Below are positions 34,008-45,530 of a stretch of 64,000 nucleotides of DNA, piece by piece. Within the stretch, counting starts at the first letter, position 1. The number at the start of each line of letters is the position of its first letter. The translations under genes and the position numbers were made by a program. Source of the DNA: Macrostomum lignano (Eukaryota); NCBI GenBank assembly GCA_002269645.1, contig NIVC01003767.1:1-64000 (forward strand). The letters run 5' to 3'. Under the pieces are notes generated by a model. That model did no database searches, was not told the origin of the DNA, and was given only the letters and a program-made list of their open reading frames with translations.

Positions 34008-35369
34008 ATGTCCGACAACGGGGACAACCACGCTGCAGCGTCATTGGCTGACGGAGATGCCGTCGGGCCAGGTCAGGACGCAGATGATGCCGGCGAGCAA
34101 CCAGCAGGCGCAGCTGCTGTCGCCGCGCCAGCTCCCAGTGAGCAACTCTTGCTGACTCAAACCTTAGCCTCTCTTCACCGGATGCTCGAAGAGCGTCTCG
34201 CCGTTTCCTCGCCGTCAGCGTCAGATTCCTCGCCGCCTGCGAAGCCAGACATACGCCTTCGCCCTCCAATAGCTTATCAGCCGAAGATGAACTTCGATAC
34301 GTGGGAAGCTCAGCTTACTTCGTATCTAGCCACTTGCCGCGTTCCTGAGGACCAGAAATCTGCCATTCTCGTTTCTTTACTGTCCACCGAGTGCCAAGAG
34401 GTTTACCTTAACTACCGGTGTGACCGGATGCCTTTCGAATCCGCCCTGCAGCTGCTCAGGGAAAGGTACACCGATGCCAAGAAGAAGGACAAGGCCTATG
34501 TAGAATTAGTCGCTGCTGCCCAATCTCATAATGAGCAAATGACTGATTTCTTTGACAGACTGGTCTCCTACTCGAGACTAGCGGGCCTCTCGCTCACTGA
34601 AGCGAAGCCCCTGCTCAAGGCCAGGTTTTGTCATGGGCTGAGGGATAAGGACCTCGCCGAAAAGCTCCTCTTATGGGATCAGGAAACGGGTAGCGCGACC
34701 TCTGCAGAAGAGCTGATGCAGAAGGCCAAGGATCTTGTCGGGGTCCGTCAGCTTCTGAACGTGCCTTCTACTGTAGCCAAGGTCCGTGCCATAGAACCTG
34801 ACGCTGAGAAGAAAGCGTTAGAACAGAGGGTCGCTGAACTTGAGAAGATGGTGACCAACCAGGCCAACAGATTGAACCAGACCGCTCCGCCTGTCACCAC
34901 CAATCAGGGGCCCACTCGCATAGAGCCCACTGGGGGCCCATCACAAGTTAGGAAACCTAGGCCAGCTCCTCGCCCTCCGCGGGCTTGCCATCGATGTGGC
35001 CAGACCGATCACCTGATCGCTGACTGCCCATCGCCCTCGCCGGGACCACAGTCGCCAAAGCAGCCCCGGGGGAGCCAGAATCAGCAGCCCGGCCGTGGCA
35101 AAGTCACGACTGAACTAGGAACTATAGCCTCATGGTCTCAGAATTACGGGTTCATCCAATCTGAGCACCTGCCAGAGAAATTGTTCGTGCACATTAGCCA
35201 ACTGTCTCCCAGCCTGCGTAGCCTAGTCGAGCAGCACCGCATTAGGGGGACTAGGGTGAAATTCCAGCGCCAGGTCGACCCCGGGCGCCAGCATGACAAG
35301 GCCTGTAATGTGCAACACCAGCCAGGGGACGGTGATCCTCAGTGTAGACAAGGGGGGGTACTCGGCTGA
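34008..35369 (+). CDS. gag: Gag (capsid-like region, CCHC knuckle, cold-shock domain), 453 aa
   Basis: Open ORF; CHRCGQTDHLIADC at 34986-35027; GTIASWSQNYGFIQ...LFVHISQL...GTRVKF...ACNVQ at 35112-35315. Confidence 0.9.
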   Translation: MSDNGDNHAAASLADGDAVGPGQDADDAGEQPAGAAAVAAPAPSEQLLLTQTLASLHRMLEERLAVSSPSASDSSPPAKPDIRLRPPIAYQPKMNFDTWEAQLTSYLATCRVPEDQKSAILVSLLSTECQEVYLNYRCDRMPFESALQLLRERYTDAKKKDKAYVELVAAAQSHNEQMTDFFDRLVSYSRLAGLSLTEAKPLLKARFCHGLRDKDLAEKLLLWDQETGSATSAEELMQKAKDLVGVRQLLNVPSTVAKVRAIEPDAEKKALEQRVAELEKMVTNQANRLNQTAPPVTTNQGPTRIEPTGGPSQVRKPRPAPRPPRACHRCGQTDHLIADCPSPSPGPQSPKQPRGSQNQQPGRGKVTTELGTIASWSQNYGFIQSEHLPEKLFVHISQLSPSLRSLVEQHRIRGTRVKFQRQVDPGRQHDKACNVQHQPGDGDPQCRQGGVLG

Positions 35370-38300
35370 CACCTTCGAGTCTAGCTACTTCGTGCAGCTA
35401 GGAGTAGGGGACTCTAAAGTTCTGGCTTGTCTGGACTCAGGTGCCAATGCTAGCATCATGGGTGCTGACGTGAAGGCCAGACTGGTCGCAGCTGACCCCG
35501 TCAATAACATATTCACGCCTAGTGCCAATAAGCAGCGCGCCACTTCGGCGGCTCTCAGGTAGACATCCTAGGGTCGCTACGCTGCGAAATCAACTTAGGT
35601 AGCACGACTAAACAGCATGTATTCCTTGTCACTGCCTACTGCACCACGGAAGCCCTGCTAGGCATGGACTTCCTGCGCAGCTTCGAGATGCTGCTGGACT
35701 TCAACTCTGGCCGAGCTTTAGTAGCAGGGGTGTCAGTTCCAGTCATTGAGGGGGACAAGGGAATTTTCCAACTCCGACGTGTGATGGCCGCTGGCACCGT
35801 AGAGTTACCCCCGCACTCGGAAACTTTGATTCCCAGTCGTGTTCTCGACTCTTCGCCGTACACCTCCGGTATAGTCATGTCTAGGATCCTCGGACCAGAA
35901 CCCGAGCAGTTAGTAGCCAAAACTCTAGACTCAGTCAGCGATACCAACCACATACTAGTGCGCGTGCTCAACAGTGGGGAGCAACCTATCCAGATAGCTA
36001 GGGGGCAAGAAATTGCCTCATTCCAGGAATTAGATAGCCATGAGGTCATCGCTCAGACGACTCTAAGGGAGTCTGACTTCAGCCTGGACAATGTAGCTAA
36101 CCTCACTAGTCAACTCAGTAAGCTGCCGCCGCCTAGTAGGGAGTTAGCCAAATGGCTGACAACGCAGCTCCAACTAGACCAAGCCAAATTGTCTAGGGGC
36201 CAACTCGCCACCGTTTTGAAACTGCTCAACTACTTCAATAGCCAAATTTCTAGATCAAACGCAGACTTAGGCCATACCAAATTACACGAGATGGGCATAG
36301 AATTAATAGATCCCAAGGCCAAGCCTGTTGCGCAACCATACAGGCGCACCACGCCAGCGCAAAAGGAATTCCTAGATCAGAATATAGCGCAGATGCTCGA
36401 GCAGGGGGTCATCGAGGAATGTGACTCCGACTGGGTGTCGCCTATCGTCCTAGTCAAGAAGAAGGACGGCACTCAACGCTTCTGCATAGACTATAGGGCC
36501 GTTAATAAGCTCATCAAGCCGTGTAGCTTCCCTCTGCCACTCATAGAAGAATCTTTTGACAGCCTTGCTGGGGCCACTGTATTCTCTAGCCTTGACCTGA
36601 CCTCCGCGTACTGGCAGGTAGGGATCAAAGAGGAGGCTAGGGATTACACCGCCTTTGCCTGCCCCCAAGGCACTTTCCGCTGGAAGGTAGTACCATTTGG
36701 GATCAAGACGGCACCTGCCAATTTCGCTAAACTGATGCACAAGGTGTTTAGGCCTCTCCTGATGAAGGTCAGCCTCATTTATCTAGACGACATTATCATT
36801 AAGGCTGTCAACAATGACCAAATGATCGCGCATCTCGCGCTGGTCCTCTGGCGCTCAAAGAAAAGCCGGTCTCAAAATTAAGCCGTCTAAGTGTGAGTTG
36901 TTCAAGGACAAAGTCGCATTCCTGGGGTTCGTTGTGTCTAGCCGGGGCATTGAGGCTGACCCAGCGAAGACTCAGGCTGTCCAAGACTGGCCTAAACCGC
37001 TTTCTAAGAAACAGCTCTTATCATTCTTGGGATTCGCAGATTACTACCGGAAATTCGTGCCGCGATTCTCAATCATCGCCACGCCTCTGTATGCCTTAGC
37101 CAAAAAGGATGCTCCGTTTCTATGGCAACCGCATCATGAACGGGCTTTCCTAGAACTCAAACATAGCCTCTGTTCACCACCGATTCTGGCATATCCAGAC
37201 CTCTCTGCCAAGGGGCGCGAATTTATCTTGGACTGCGATAGCTCGCTAGACGGCACAGGGGGTGTGCTGTACCAGCTCGGGCCAGATGGCCAGGAGCAAG
37301 TCATAGCTTACGCATCCAAGAAGTTCAACAGTAGCCAGAGAAACTACTGCGCCACCATGAGGGAGTTGCTAGGGCTCGTCCTGATGCTCGAGCACTTCCG
37401 TCCTTACCTGTTAGACAAGCCTTTCACTGTCCGGGTGGACGCGGCCGCGCTCAAATGGCTGCATTCCAAGAAACATGCTACTGGTATGCTGGCCCAATGG
37501 CTTGCCACCATTGAGCTGTACCCGCTGAAGGTCCAGCAGTCCACTCTGGAGCGCATAGCCGAATACGATTTCACTGTCCAGTACCGCCCAGGCGTTGATC
37601 ACGTGCCTGCTGACGCCCTCAGTAGAATACCAAAATTCAGAGCTGACCACTTCGACTGCCCAACATGTAGTCAGATTCCGGAATTCAAGGGGAAGTTCCT
37701 GGATCAAAATCCTAAGGCGCACCGCAAACCGCCCACTGGGGAATTGCGGCAGGTGAGCGTCCAGATCACGGGCAAAAGTGTCGCCTGCCAGACTGACGCC
37801 GACAGTAGCCTTTCACCATCACAACCACCCAGGCCAAGGGCCACCCCGGTGCCCGGTACCCCGGTGCCCGAGGAAGCGCCAAAAGTCACTGTGGCTAAAC
37901 CATCGCCAAACGTCCGCGCTGCTGCTAGTAGTGCTGCTCCTAGCCCAGGGACAGAACCTCTCGACCCCGACACTGAATCCAAGATACCACCTGAGCTCAT
38001 CTGGGCCCAGAATGCCCAAGACTCTTGTGTTGACATGGCGCGGCTAATCGCCAGTGTCCAGGGTACGACCGAGCCATTGTCCAAGGCCGAACTGCAGGGT
38101 TGTAGCCGGGAAATGCGCTCACTCTGGGCTCACTTCAACGACCTTGAAGTGGTCGAGGGTCTCTTGTACCTAGCCAAATCTTCCAAAGCCAAAACTGCCA
38201 ACAGGCGCCTAGTTGTGCCTGAAACTGCCACCTGGTCCTTCAGTATCATGGCCAGTTAAACCATTGCGGTATCACCAAGACGATGGCCGCCCTGAAGGCG

Positions 38301-38810
38301 CGCTTCGTCATTTCCGACTTAGATACTATAGTCAAGGGGGTCCTGGCCGAATGCACTGTTTGCGCTAAGACCAAGAAGTTGAAGCGTAAACTCAAGGCTC
38401 CTATGCAACCAGAACTGTACGGCTACCCGAACCAGGTTGTCCACGTGGACCACGCAGGCCCGTTCGAAGAGTGTGACGGGTACAAGTACCTGCTGGTTAT
38501 GATCGACCGGTTCACCGGGTTTGTCGAAGCAGTCCCTGTTCCCGATGTCAGCGCAGAGACCACTGCCACAACCATCCTGACGGAATGGGTTGCCAGGTAT
38601 GGGGTGATGGAGCAGTTGGTATCTGACAACGGAACCGCCTTCATCAATAGTACCATGGCAGAATTGACCAGACTCTTACAAATTGACATGGGCCGGATCA
38701 CAGCCCGTCGCCCTCAGGCTAACGGTAAAGCTGAGAGGATGATCCAGACGGTGAAAGCCCAGATTAGAGCCATCTGTCTTGAGAGACAATGCGACTGGCC
38801 TCTCGCTCAG
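35359..38810 (+). pseudogene. pol: Pol (PR-RT-RNase H-IN), frameshifted
   Basis: PR LDSGA...LLGMDFL; RT RFCIDYR, DLTSAYWQ, PFGIKTAP, YLDD; RH DCDSS, YCATMRELL, ADALSR; IN YH..NH..C..C, HVDHAG, SDNG, GKAER; frame breaks at ~35358, ~35535, ~36855 (this arm only) and ~38230. Confidence 0.93.
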
Positions 38811-39130
38811 CCATCTGGCGCGTGGCGCCATCTTCTGCCTCTGGCACGCTGCGCCATCCTCTGCCTTTGGCGCGTGGCGCCGTTCTCTGCCTTGGCGCCC
38901 TGCGCCGTTCCTGCCTGGCGCGCTGCGCCGTCCTTTGCCTTTGGCACGTGGTGCCGTCTTCTGCCTGGCGCGCTGCGCCGTTCTCTGCCTGGCGCGTGGC
39001 GCCGTCCTCTGCCTGGCGCGCTGCGCCGTTCTCCGCCTTGGCGCGCCGCGCCGCGTCTTCCGCCTTGGGCGCTCCTGCGCCGGTTGCCTCCTGCCTGTCT
39101 GTTGGCGCACCGCGCCGTGTCCCGCCGCCC
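38810..39130. repeat. GC-rich ~24-bp tandem repeat replacing the integrase C-terminus
   Basis: About 12 units of CTGCCTGGCGCG(C/T)(T/G)GCGCCGT(T/C)CT; the source of many overlapping ORFs. Confidence 0.88.
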
Positions 39131-39608
39131 TTGACGCTTGTCGTCATTTGCCCGCAGTTGTCCGGACTGTGCCTCTGTTCCGTGCCTCTGCTCTGTTTTT
39201 GTTGCCTCATCCACCTTGTCATCCTTGTTCTGTCTTTGCCTCATCCACGTATCACTCTGCGCGTCCTTTTGTCGTTTTTTGAGTTCGCGCGCGCCGTGCG
39301 CTCTGTCATGCGCTACTTCCGTAATCATTGTTATATTTTTGTTATGTTTTCGTAACGCCACCATGCTGTACTACTCGTGCTCACCGCGTTCTGCTGCCCT
39401 GTAATATTCTGCTCCTGTAATATTCTGTAGCCTTTGGAATTTTGTAATTTTGTCCGGTAATCACATACTCCTATATACTAAATCAAGCTCCCTGTAATTC
39501 GTTCTACTGTAATTTCATAAGCTGCAGTCACGTTGTGTTTTCCTTGCCATCACCCCGCGTGTTGGTTTTCTTTTGCGTGACCCTATCCTTTTTCGGAAGG
39601 GAGGCGGG

Positions 39609-40459
39609 TGTGACGTTGTCAGTTTAAAGTGGTCCCATAAAAGGGCCGTTGCACTGCAGCTCCTCTACAATTCTTCCAATTGTTTATTTTAACGTTTACT
39701 TGTAGTAGTGCCCAATGAATCTGTGCCTAATGTCGCTAATTCACTGCGCGTTTTGCTATCCTTTCATGCGACCGTAGAAAACTTGCACGATTGATAATTT
39801 TAAGTTCTTTAGCCAGCCAATGAAACCGCTCGTGCTTCGCGCTACCCCTCTCTGCGTTCCTTTATTAAACCCTGCCTGGCAGGCTGGGGGCCTCCTCGCG
39901 GTCTAGCCTGTTTTAGCTGTCTAGCCTGTTTAGCTGTTTAGGCTTCTCGGCCTCTTGGCGTCTTGTTTTTCCTCTCTTGTCTGGCTGCCTCGAGCCTCCT
40001 TATCTCTCGCCACGGCCCCTCTGTCTGGGCCAGCCTGTTTACACTACTTCACTGTGTTCCGCCACAGCTAACGCCAATCTCGCCACTACTCATCTGCCTA
40101 CCTACTGCTACTCACTGCCTTCACCGTGCTCATCGCCATTGCTCATCACGTTGCGTCGCCATTGCATCATTCGTCTGCCACTCGACTTCATATTCTATTG
40201 CTTTCAAAACCATTGTTGCAGCCGCCAGTGCCCAGAACACTATAAGCTTGCATTGACATTAGTAACCAAGTTTAATATTGATCTCAACAAATAAAACAAC
40301 CATGGCAGTTTCCTGCCTTTATCGCCAAGTGCTCCGCTACACAATCCGCTTTATAAGAATTGACTTCGATTCATTTTGGGACTACGACTTACGGCAACTC
40401 TCGTCAAAACGGCCCTTTCAAGGGTCATGGCCATAGCCACTACGTCAATAATCGTGACA
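39609..40459 (+). repeat. 3' LTR
   Basis: Follows the PPT; ends CGTGACA then TSD GTGTG. Confidence 0.96.
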
Positions 40460-40740
40460 GTGTGTCAAAACGGCTCCCATAAGAATCAGTATGTCAAAAT
40501 GGCTCCCATAAGAATCAGTATGTCAAAACGGCTCCCATAAGAATCAGTATGTCAATTTGGCTCTCATAAGAATCAGATGTCAAAACGGCTCCCATAAGAA
40601 TCAATGGCTCGTGAAATTTGGCTCCCATAAGCCGCAATCTATCAATTTGGCTCCCATAAGCAACAGTGTGTCAAAATGGCTCCCATAAGAATCAATGGCT
40701 TATGCAATTTGGCTCCCATAAGCCGTAGTGTGTCAATTCA
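40460..40740 (+). repeat. Continuation of the GGCTCCCATAAG satellite
   Basis: About 9 further monomers after the 3' TSD. Confidence 0.95.
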
Positions 40741-42899
40741 GCTCTTGATTATAATTGGCTATCTATGGTATGTACAATCTAGCGAGGAAATCTATCACGA
40801 GGGTCATTCGTGATCAATATACATATATTCTATGGTCTATGGGGGCGGGAATCCGAAACGCGCTAGGGAAATCCAAAAAACGAATGTATTAGCCTTAGGG
40901 GAGCCATTTTGCATAAATAGGAGCCAAATCGACTTGAATTTTATTACAATTGAAAAAAACAACCCAATAATGTTATGCATCTTAGTAAGGCGCACCTATA
41001 ACCCTCGAACATTTTTAGCTCAAGTTTTTAGCTCAAGCACTTTTGTAAAGGCATAATCTTAAGACAAACATTTCAACTGAAGCCTGTTCCCTTTTTTCCG
41101 CAGTGAATCCATACAAAACTATACTCGTTAAATAGATCAGATTCTTTTCTTTAAAATGACACCTCACTTGTGAAATTCGCTATTGTAGTTTTGAAATTAC
41201 AGCAGTTTTTGTGAGATTTTTTTGTCAATTTTTCGATGCACACGTCTCATATTATTATATTTGTCACAAGCTAGACCACCCATGTGCTTCGCGCATTGGC
41301 TGGCTGTTTGTTCCTCATGCTTGGCACTTCGTGCCTCGCGCGTTCGCTCCGCTCACTGGGGAACTAGTGAAAAATTGGCCTTCTTTAACTCTAAGGTCTA
41401 CAAGTCTTAAAATTAATTGTTAATTAATTAAAAAAGTGAAATAAAAAACTACAAATCAGTTAACTCAGACTTTTAAAATGCTTTTTGTGGTTTTTTACTT
41501 ATTTATTTAATGATAAAAAATAAAGCATGAAAACAATAGTTTTTATCCAAAACTATTTTTAAAGACTTATCTGTCTTTCAAAAAGCTTTTTTAAATACAT
41601 TACCTTCCATTGGATTGAATGTCTGCCTACAGATTTGTTTTACCATTTTATCTCATGTTTTTGGATTTGGCCATACATAACATAGTTGAAAACTTGTTTA
41701 GTCCTAGCATATAAATGTCCTATACTTTTCCCTCACTAGACCTAGTGTACACTAATAGTAATACACAATCCAAACTACGGGTCTCAACTAATAGAGTAGA
41801 GGACATTATATATATTATATAATAATATGTTAAATTAATAATATATTAATTAATATAAAACTTGACCAATATATAAATCAATTTTATAATATATTTTTAC
41901 CTAATTTAAAATGATTCAATGAACTTGAAGGCTCATCGAATGTATGGTAAAAGAGTGCGAACAAGCTCCTTTGTTACACGTACCGAATAGCAGTCTTAAC
42001 CAGTCCAAACTTAACAGAGTAAAAAACTTAACCACTATACTATTTACAGATAAGGCAGCTAAGGTTCCACGTCCGACAGACAGAAGCGAGAGACCACCAT
42101 CAAAATAATGGCGGTCCGACTTCTCGTCCCCACTCCCCACCACCCCTATTCTCTCTCCGATTGTGCGGGGGGGGCTTTGGCCTTTTGGGGTGGGGGGGGG
42201 GGTTGGCGGCCGCGAGAGCGGCCTGCGAGCCCGGCCCTGCGTGAGGGCCTCACGATCGATAAAAACAGGGAGGTGTTCATTAGGTTCTATTAGGTTCTAT
42301 TAGGGGGGGGAGGGGGGTCGCCAGTGTCTCCTGGGCTCCTAGGGTCCTCCGTCGCACTGTACAGTCAGGTCTAATTTGGGGTGGTCGCTGGTCAGTCGCC
42401 CTAATTTAAACAAACAACACGAGGGGTTGGAAAATCGCGATGTTAATGACTGTGCTTTCTCTCTGATTTCTTTATTTCCTCTAATCTATTTGATTTGAAA
42501 TATCGATTTGATTTTCTTCATGCCATTCTTTATTTCTTACGTTTGAGGGTTTTCTTTTGCTCTGTGACTGATCCTCATTGCCGATTGAAGAGATGATCAG
42601 AGAAAAATCATAAAGTTTAATTCAAGCTTTGATTTAGAAATTAAATATTGAAGTAACGGTTGGTTGGTTTGTAATTGTTCATTTGAACTCTCCCTTTGTT
42701 TCAAACCCAGCTAAAATCAGGGGGCCTCGACTCTCGACCTTGCGCAGCTCAAACCGGAGCTAACAAATAATTTAATATTCAAGCCGTTAAGTTTATGTAA
42801 TTTCACACCTATTTCATTTGGTGTCATCAGCGGTGGAATTTAGCTATTAATTCCGGACAAGTTGATTATAATTTTAAGCCTATTTCACTAGGATGTCTC

Positions 42900-43700
42900 A
42901 AAAACTTCAAAGCCAAGATTCGCCTTGTTGACGAGAGCAAAACCATTCATTTATTGCGCAGTTAGGCCCGCGTTCCAATTCACCTGCGAGACCGAATTAA
43001 CGAGGAACTCAGGCGAATGGAGGCTGAGCAGATAATCGAACCTGTTCCAGCCGGAGGGAGTCAGTAGGCCTCACCAATTGTCAGTGTGCTGAAGCCTAAC
43101 GGAAAGGTGCGCGTCTGTGCTGACTTTAAGGCAGGAGTTACTCATCAGGTTAATGAGATGGAGACAATCTTTGCGGAGACCTCTGGAATGTCACAATTCT
43201 CCAAAATCGACCTCTCGGATGCATATTTGCAATTTGCAGATAGAGCTGCATGGACGAAGACAACAGAGAGAACACCACCATCGCCACGCCTTTGGGCCTT
43301 TATCGCTATAATTGACTCGTTCCCAGGCCTCAAATCAGCATCAAAAGGCAATGGAATCCGTCCTTACTGACTTCACCGGCAAGATAGTTTATCAGGACGA
43401 CATTCTCCTCGGCGGAAAATCTGACTCATTGATCAACTCAAAGGTCCAAGACATCATAGCTGCCCCAAAAAATGCAAGAATATCAATCAACTATTGGAAA
43501 ATCAACCCTCAAAGGCCAAGGAGTTCTCTTTCTCGGGTACAGAGTCAGCGAGAGAAGAATTTCTCCCGATCCAAATCTAGTCGATGGGATCCGCGCCTTC
43601 AAGACTCCTGGAGACAAGAAGCAACTATGTAGAATCTTTTCTTGGAAAATCTTTTCTTGGATAAGTATATCGCAAGAATTCACACTCGTTATTGACAACA
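42900..43700 (+). pseudogene. Decayed Ty3/Gypsy reverse transcriptase fragment (different family)
   Basis: LKPNGKVRVCADFK, FSKIDLSDAYLQ, VYQDDILL, FLGYRVS..ISPDP across shifted frames. Confidence 0.88.
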
Positions 43701-43808
43701 ATCAGTTCCTGACTTCTGCGTCAAATATGATTAAAAAATCGTTGTCAAAGCGATAAGTTAACGAAAATAAACTACTAAGATGGGAATGAGCTGACAGCGT
43801 AAACCTCT

Positions 43809-44135
43809 CTCATATCTCAGTCCCCCATATCTCAGTCTCCCATATCTCAGTCTCCCATATCCCAGTCTCTCATATCTCAGTTAGGGAATACAAAATCCAG
43901 AGTTTGGCCCATCCCGGGATTTTTGGGATCGGGGACATCCCGGACTTCGAAAATCCTGGGATTCTGTTCTGTTAGCTGTTAGCAGCTCGTAAGGAGATTT
44001 TAATTTGGTGTAATAATGTACGTGCTTTATTTATTAGGGAATACAATCCCGGGATCACAATTGTCCAGGATTCGAAAATCCCGGGATCACAATTGTCCGG
44101 GATTCGAAAATCCCGGGATCAACCATCGGGATACC
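43809..44135 (+). repeat. 16-bp tandem (CATATCTCAGTCTCC) x5 followed by ATCCCGGGAT palindrome-rich repeats
   Basis: Direct reading; TTAGGGAATACAA occurs twice (43881, 44036). Confidence 0.8.
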
Positions 44136-44528
44136 GTCCCACTTGGCAATAATTAAATCAGTCATTCTCGTGTAGTAGTATCTGCAGCTGAGATACTTGT
44201 CAGGTGGAAATCATAGCCCAGTTGTCCTGCTTTGATTTATTAATCTTTTAATCATGCAGGCTAGTGAGTAGAAGGCTAGGGCTGCAGGGATGCAAAACAG
44301 AACCTGTTAGCATATCTTAAGAATTTTTTAAGGTGTAATAATGCAAAACTACTCTAAGCAGTCGCTACCTTTAAAACCTCTTGATCATAGTTGGGATTAG
44401 AACAGTGGGACCTTGCTATCGGACCACAACCAAAGCTACCAATTCTCCATCTAGGGCGGGTGCCCCTGGGAGGGTGAGGTCTGATCCCCTTATACCCTGG
44501 TGTCAGTATCTCTAACCATAACTCGTAA

Positions 44529-45530
44529 ACTGACATGTCCGTAGCCGCCTTCCAGCCGCACCGAAATTTTAAATGAGTGCCCCAGGTGTAATTTTTATAA
44601 AAATGATTCACATATGCTCTTAATTGATTGCCCCAAAACATGTTTCGCATGGTCGATGCTGTTTCTATGAAAATCTGGCAGTGAAAGTTGGCTTTAGGGC
44701 GGCTGAAGGGCGGCTGAAAGGGGGCTAGAGAATTGCTCTGTATTGGCGCAGTATAATTGTGCCCCAAATGGAAAAAAAATTAGATGCAAGTCTTAACTTT
44801 AATATGCACAATAAACTTTGTTTCATTGGCTTTTATTTATTAGAGAAGTGTGACCTTTAGTTTGAAATTCAGCATTCCAATAGGTAAAAGCGTGCCCCAA
44901 CCATTTTCTTGACTAGCGGCTAATGCCCCAATGCGGTAAAAAGAAGCAGGGTCAAAATTTTACTGTATATGTAAATTTCTGTACATGCCCCACAATTTCC
45001 AACTGAGTGGCGAAGTGAAATAACTTGATTGTCACTCAGACACCAGTCATTACGACTTACAGTCGAGATTACGACTTTGCAATCGTAAAAAATTAAATTC
45101 TAACTTGTTGCAAAGCTTGTCTACTAATAGACTAATGGACCAATTCAAAAATTACTATCAATGTGACAATGCCCATGTTGATGGATATGTAATTGTATGT
45201 GTCCTTTAGAAATATTAAAAACTGGCATGACAATTGTCACTTTAAGATTGTAATCAAATCACTCAATATATTCTATCTACTTTTTTTCCATTTGGGGCAC
45301 AATTATACTGCGCCAATACAGAGCAATTCTCTAGCCCCCTTCCAGCCGCCCTTCAGCCGCCCTAAAGCCAACTTTCACTGCCAGATTTTCATAGAAACAG
45401 CATCGACCATGCGAAACATGTTTTGGGGCAATCAATTAAGAGCATATGTGAATCATTTTTATAAAAATTACACCTGGGGCACTCATTTAAAATTTCGGTG
45501 CGGCTGGAAGGCGGCTACGGACATGTCAGT
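44529..45530. mobile_element. Non-autonomous Mutator-like MITE with ~255-bp TIRs
   Basis: Inverted repeats at 44529-44785 and 45275-45530; 9-bp flanks AACTCGTAA / AGCTCGTAA (one mismatch). Confidence 0.8.

Larger units (their letters stand above)
32489..40459 (+). mobile_element. Ty3/Gypsy LTR retrotransposon (copy 1), 7971 bp, inserted in the satellite
   Basis: LTRs 32489-33339 and 39609-40459 (851 bp each, TGTGACG...CGTGACA); TSD GTGTG; PBS; PPT GGAAGGGAGGCGGG; order gag-PR-RT-RH-IN. Confidence 0.97.

Noticed and set aside
32489-40459. Dating the insertion or inferring CpG methylation from about 14 LTR differences
   Set aside because: Several differences are not reproduced in the mirror arm (e.g. 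GAT/AGT, CGAT/TGAT), so errors or haplotype mixing confound the count.
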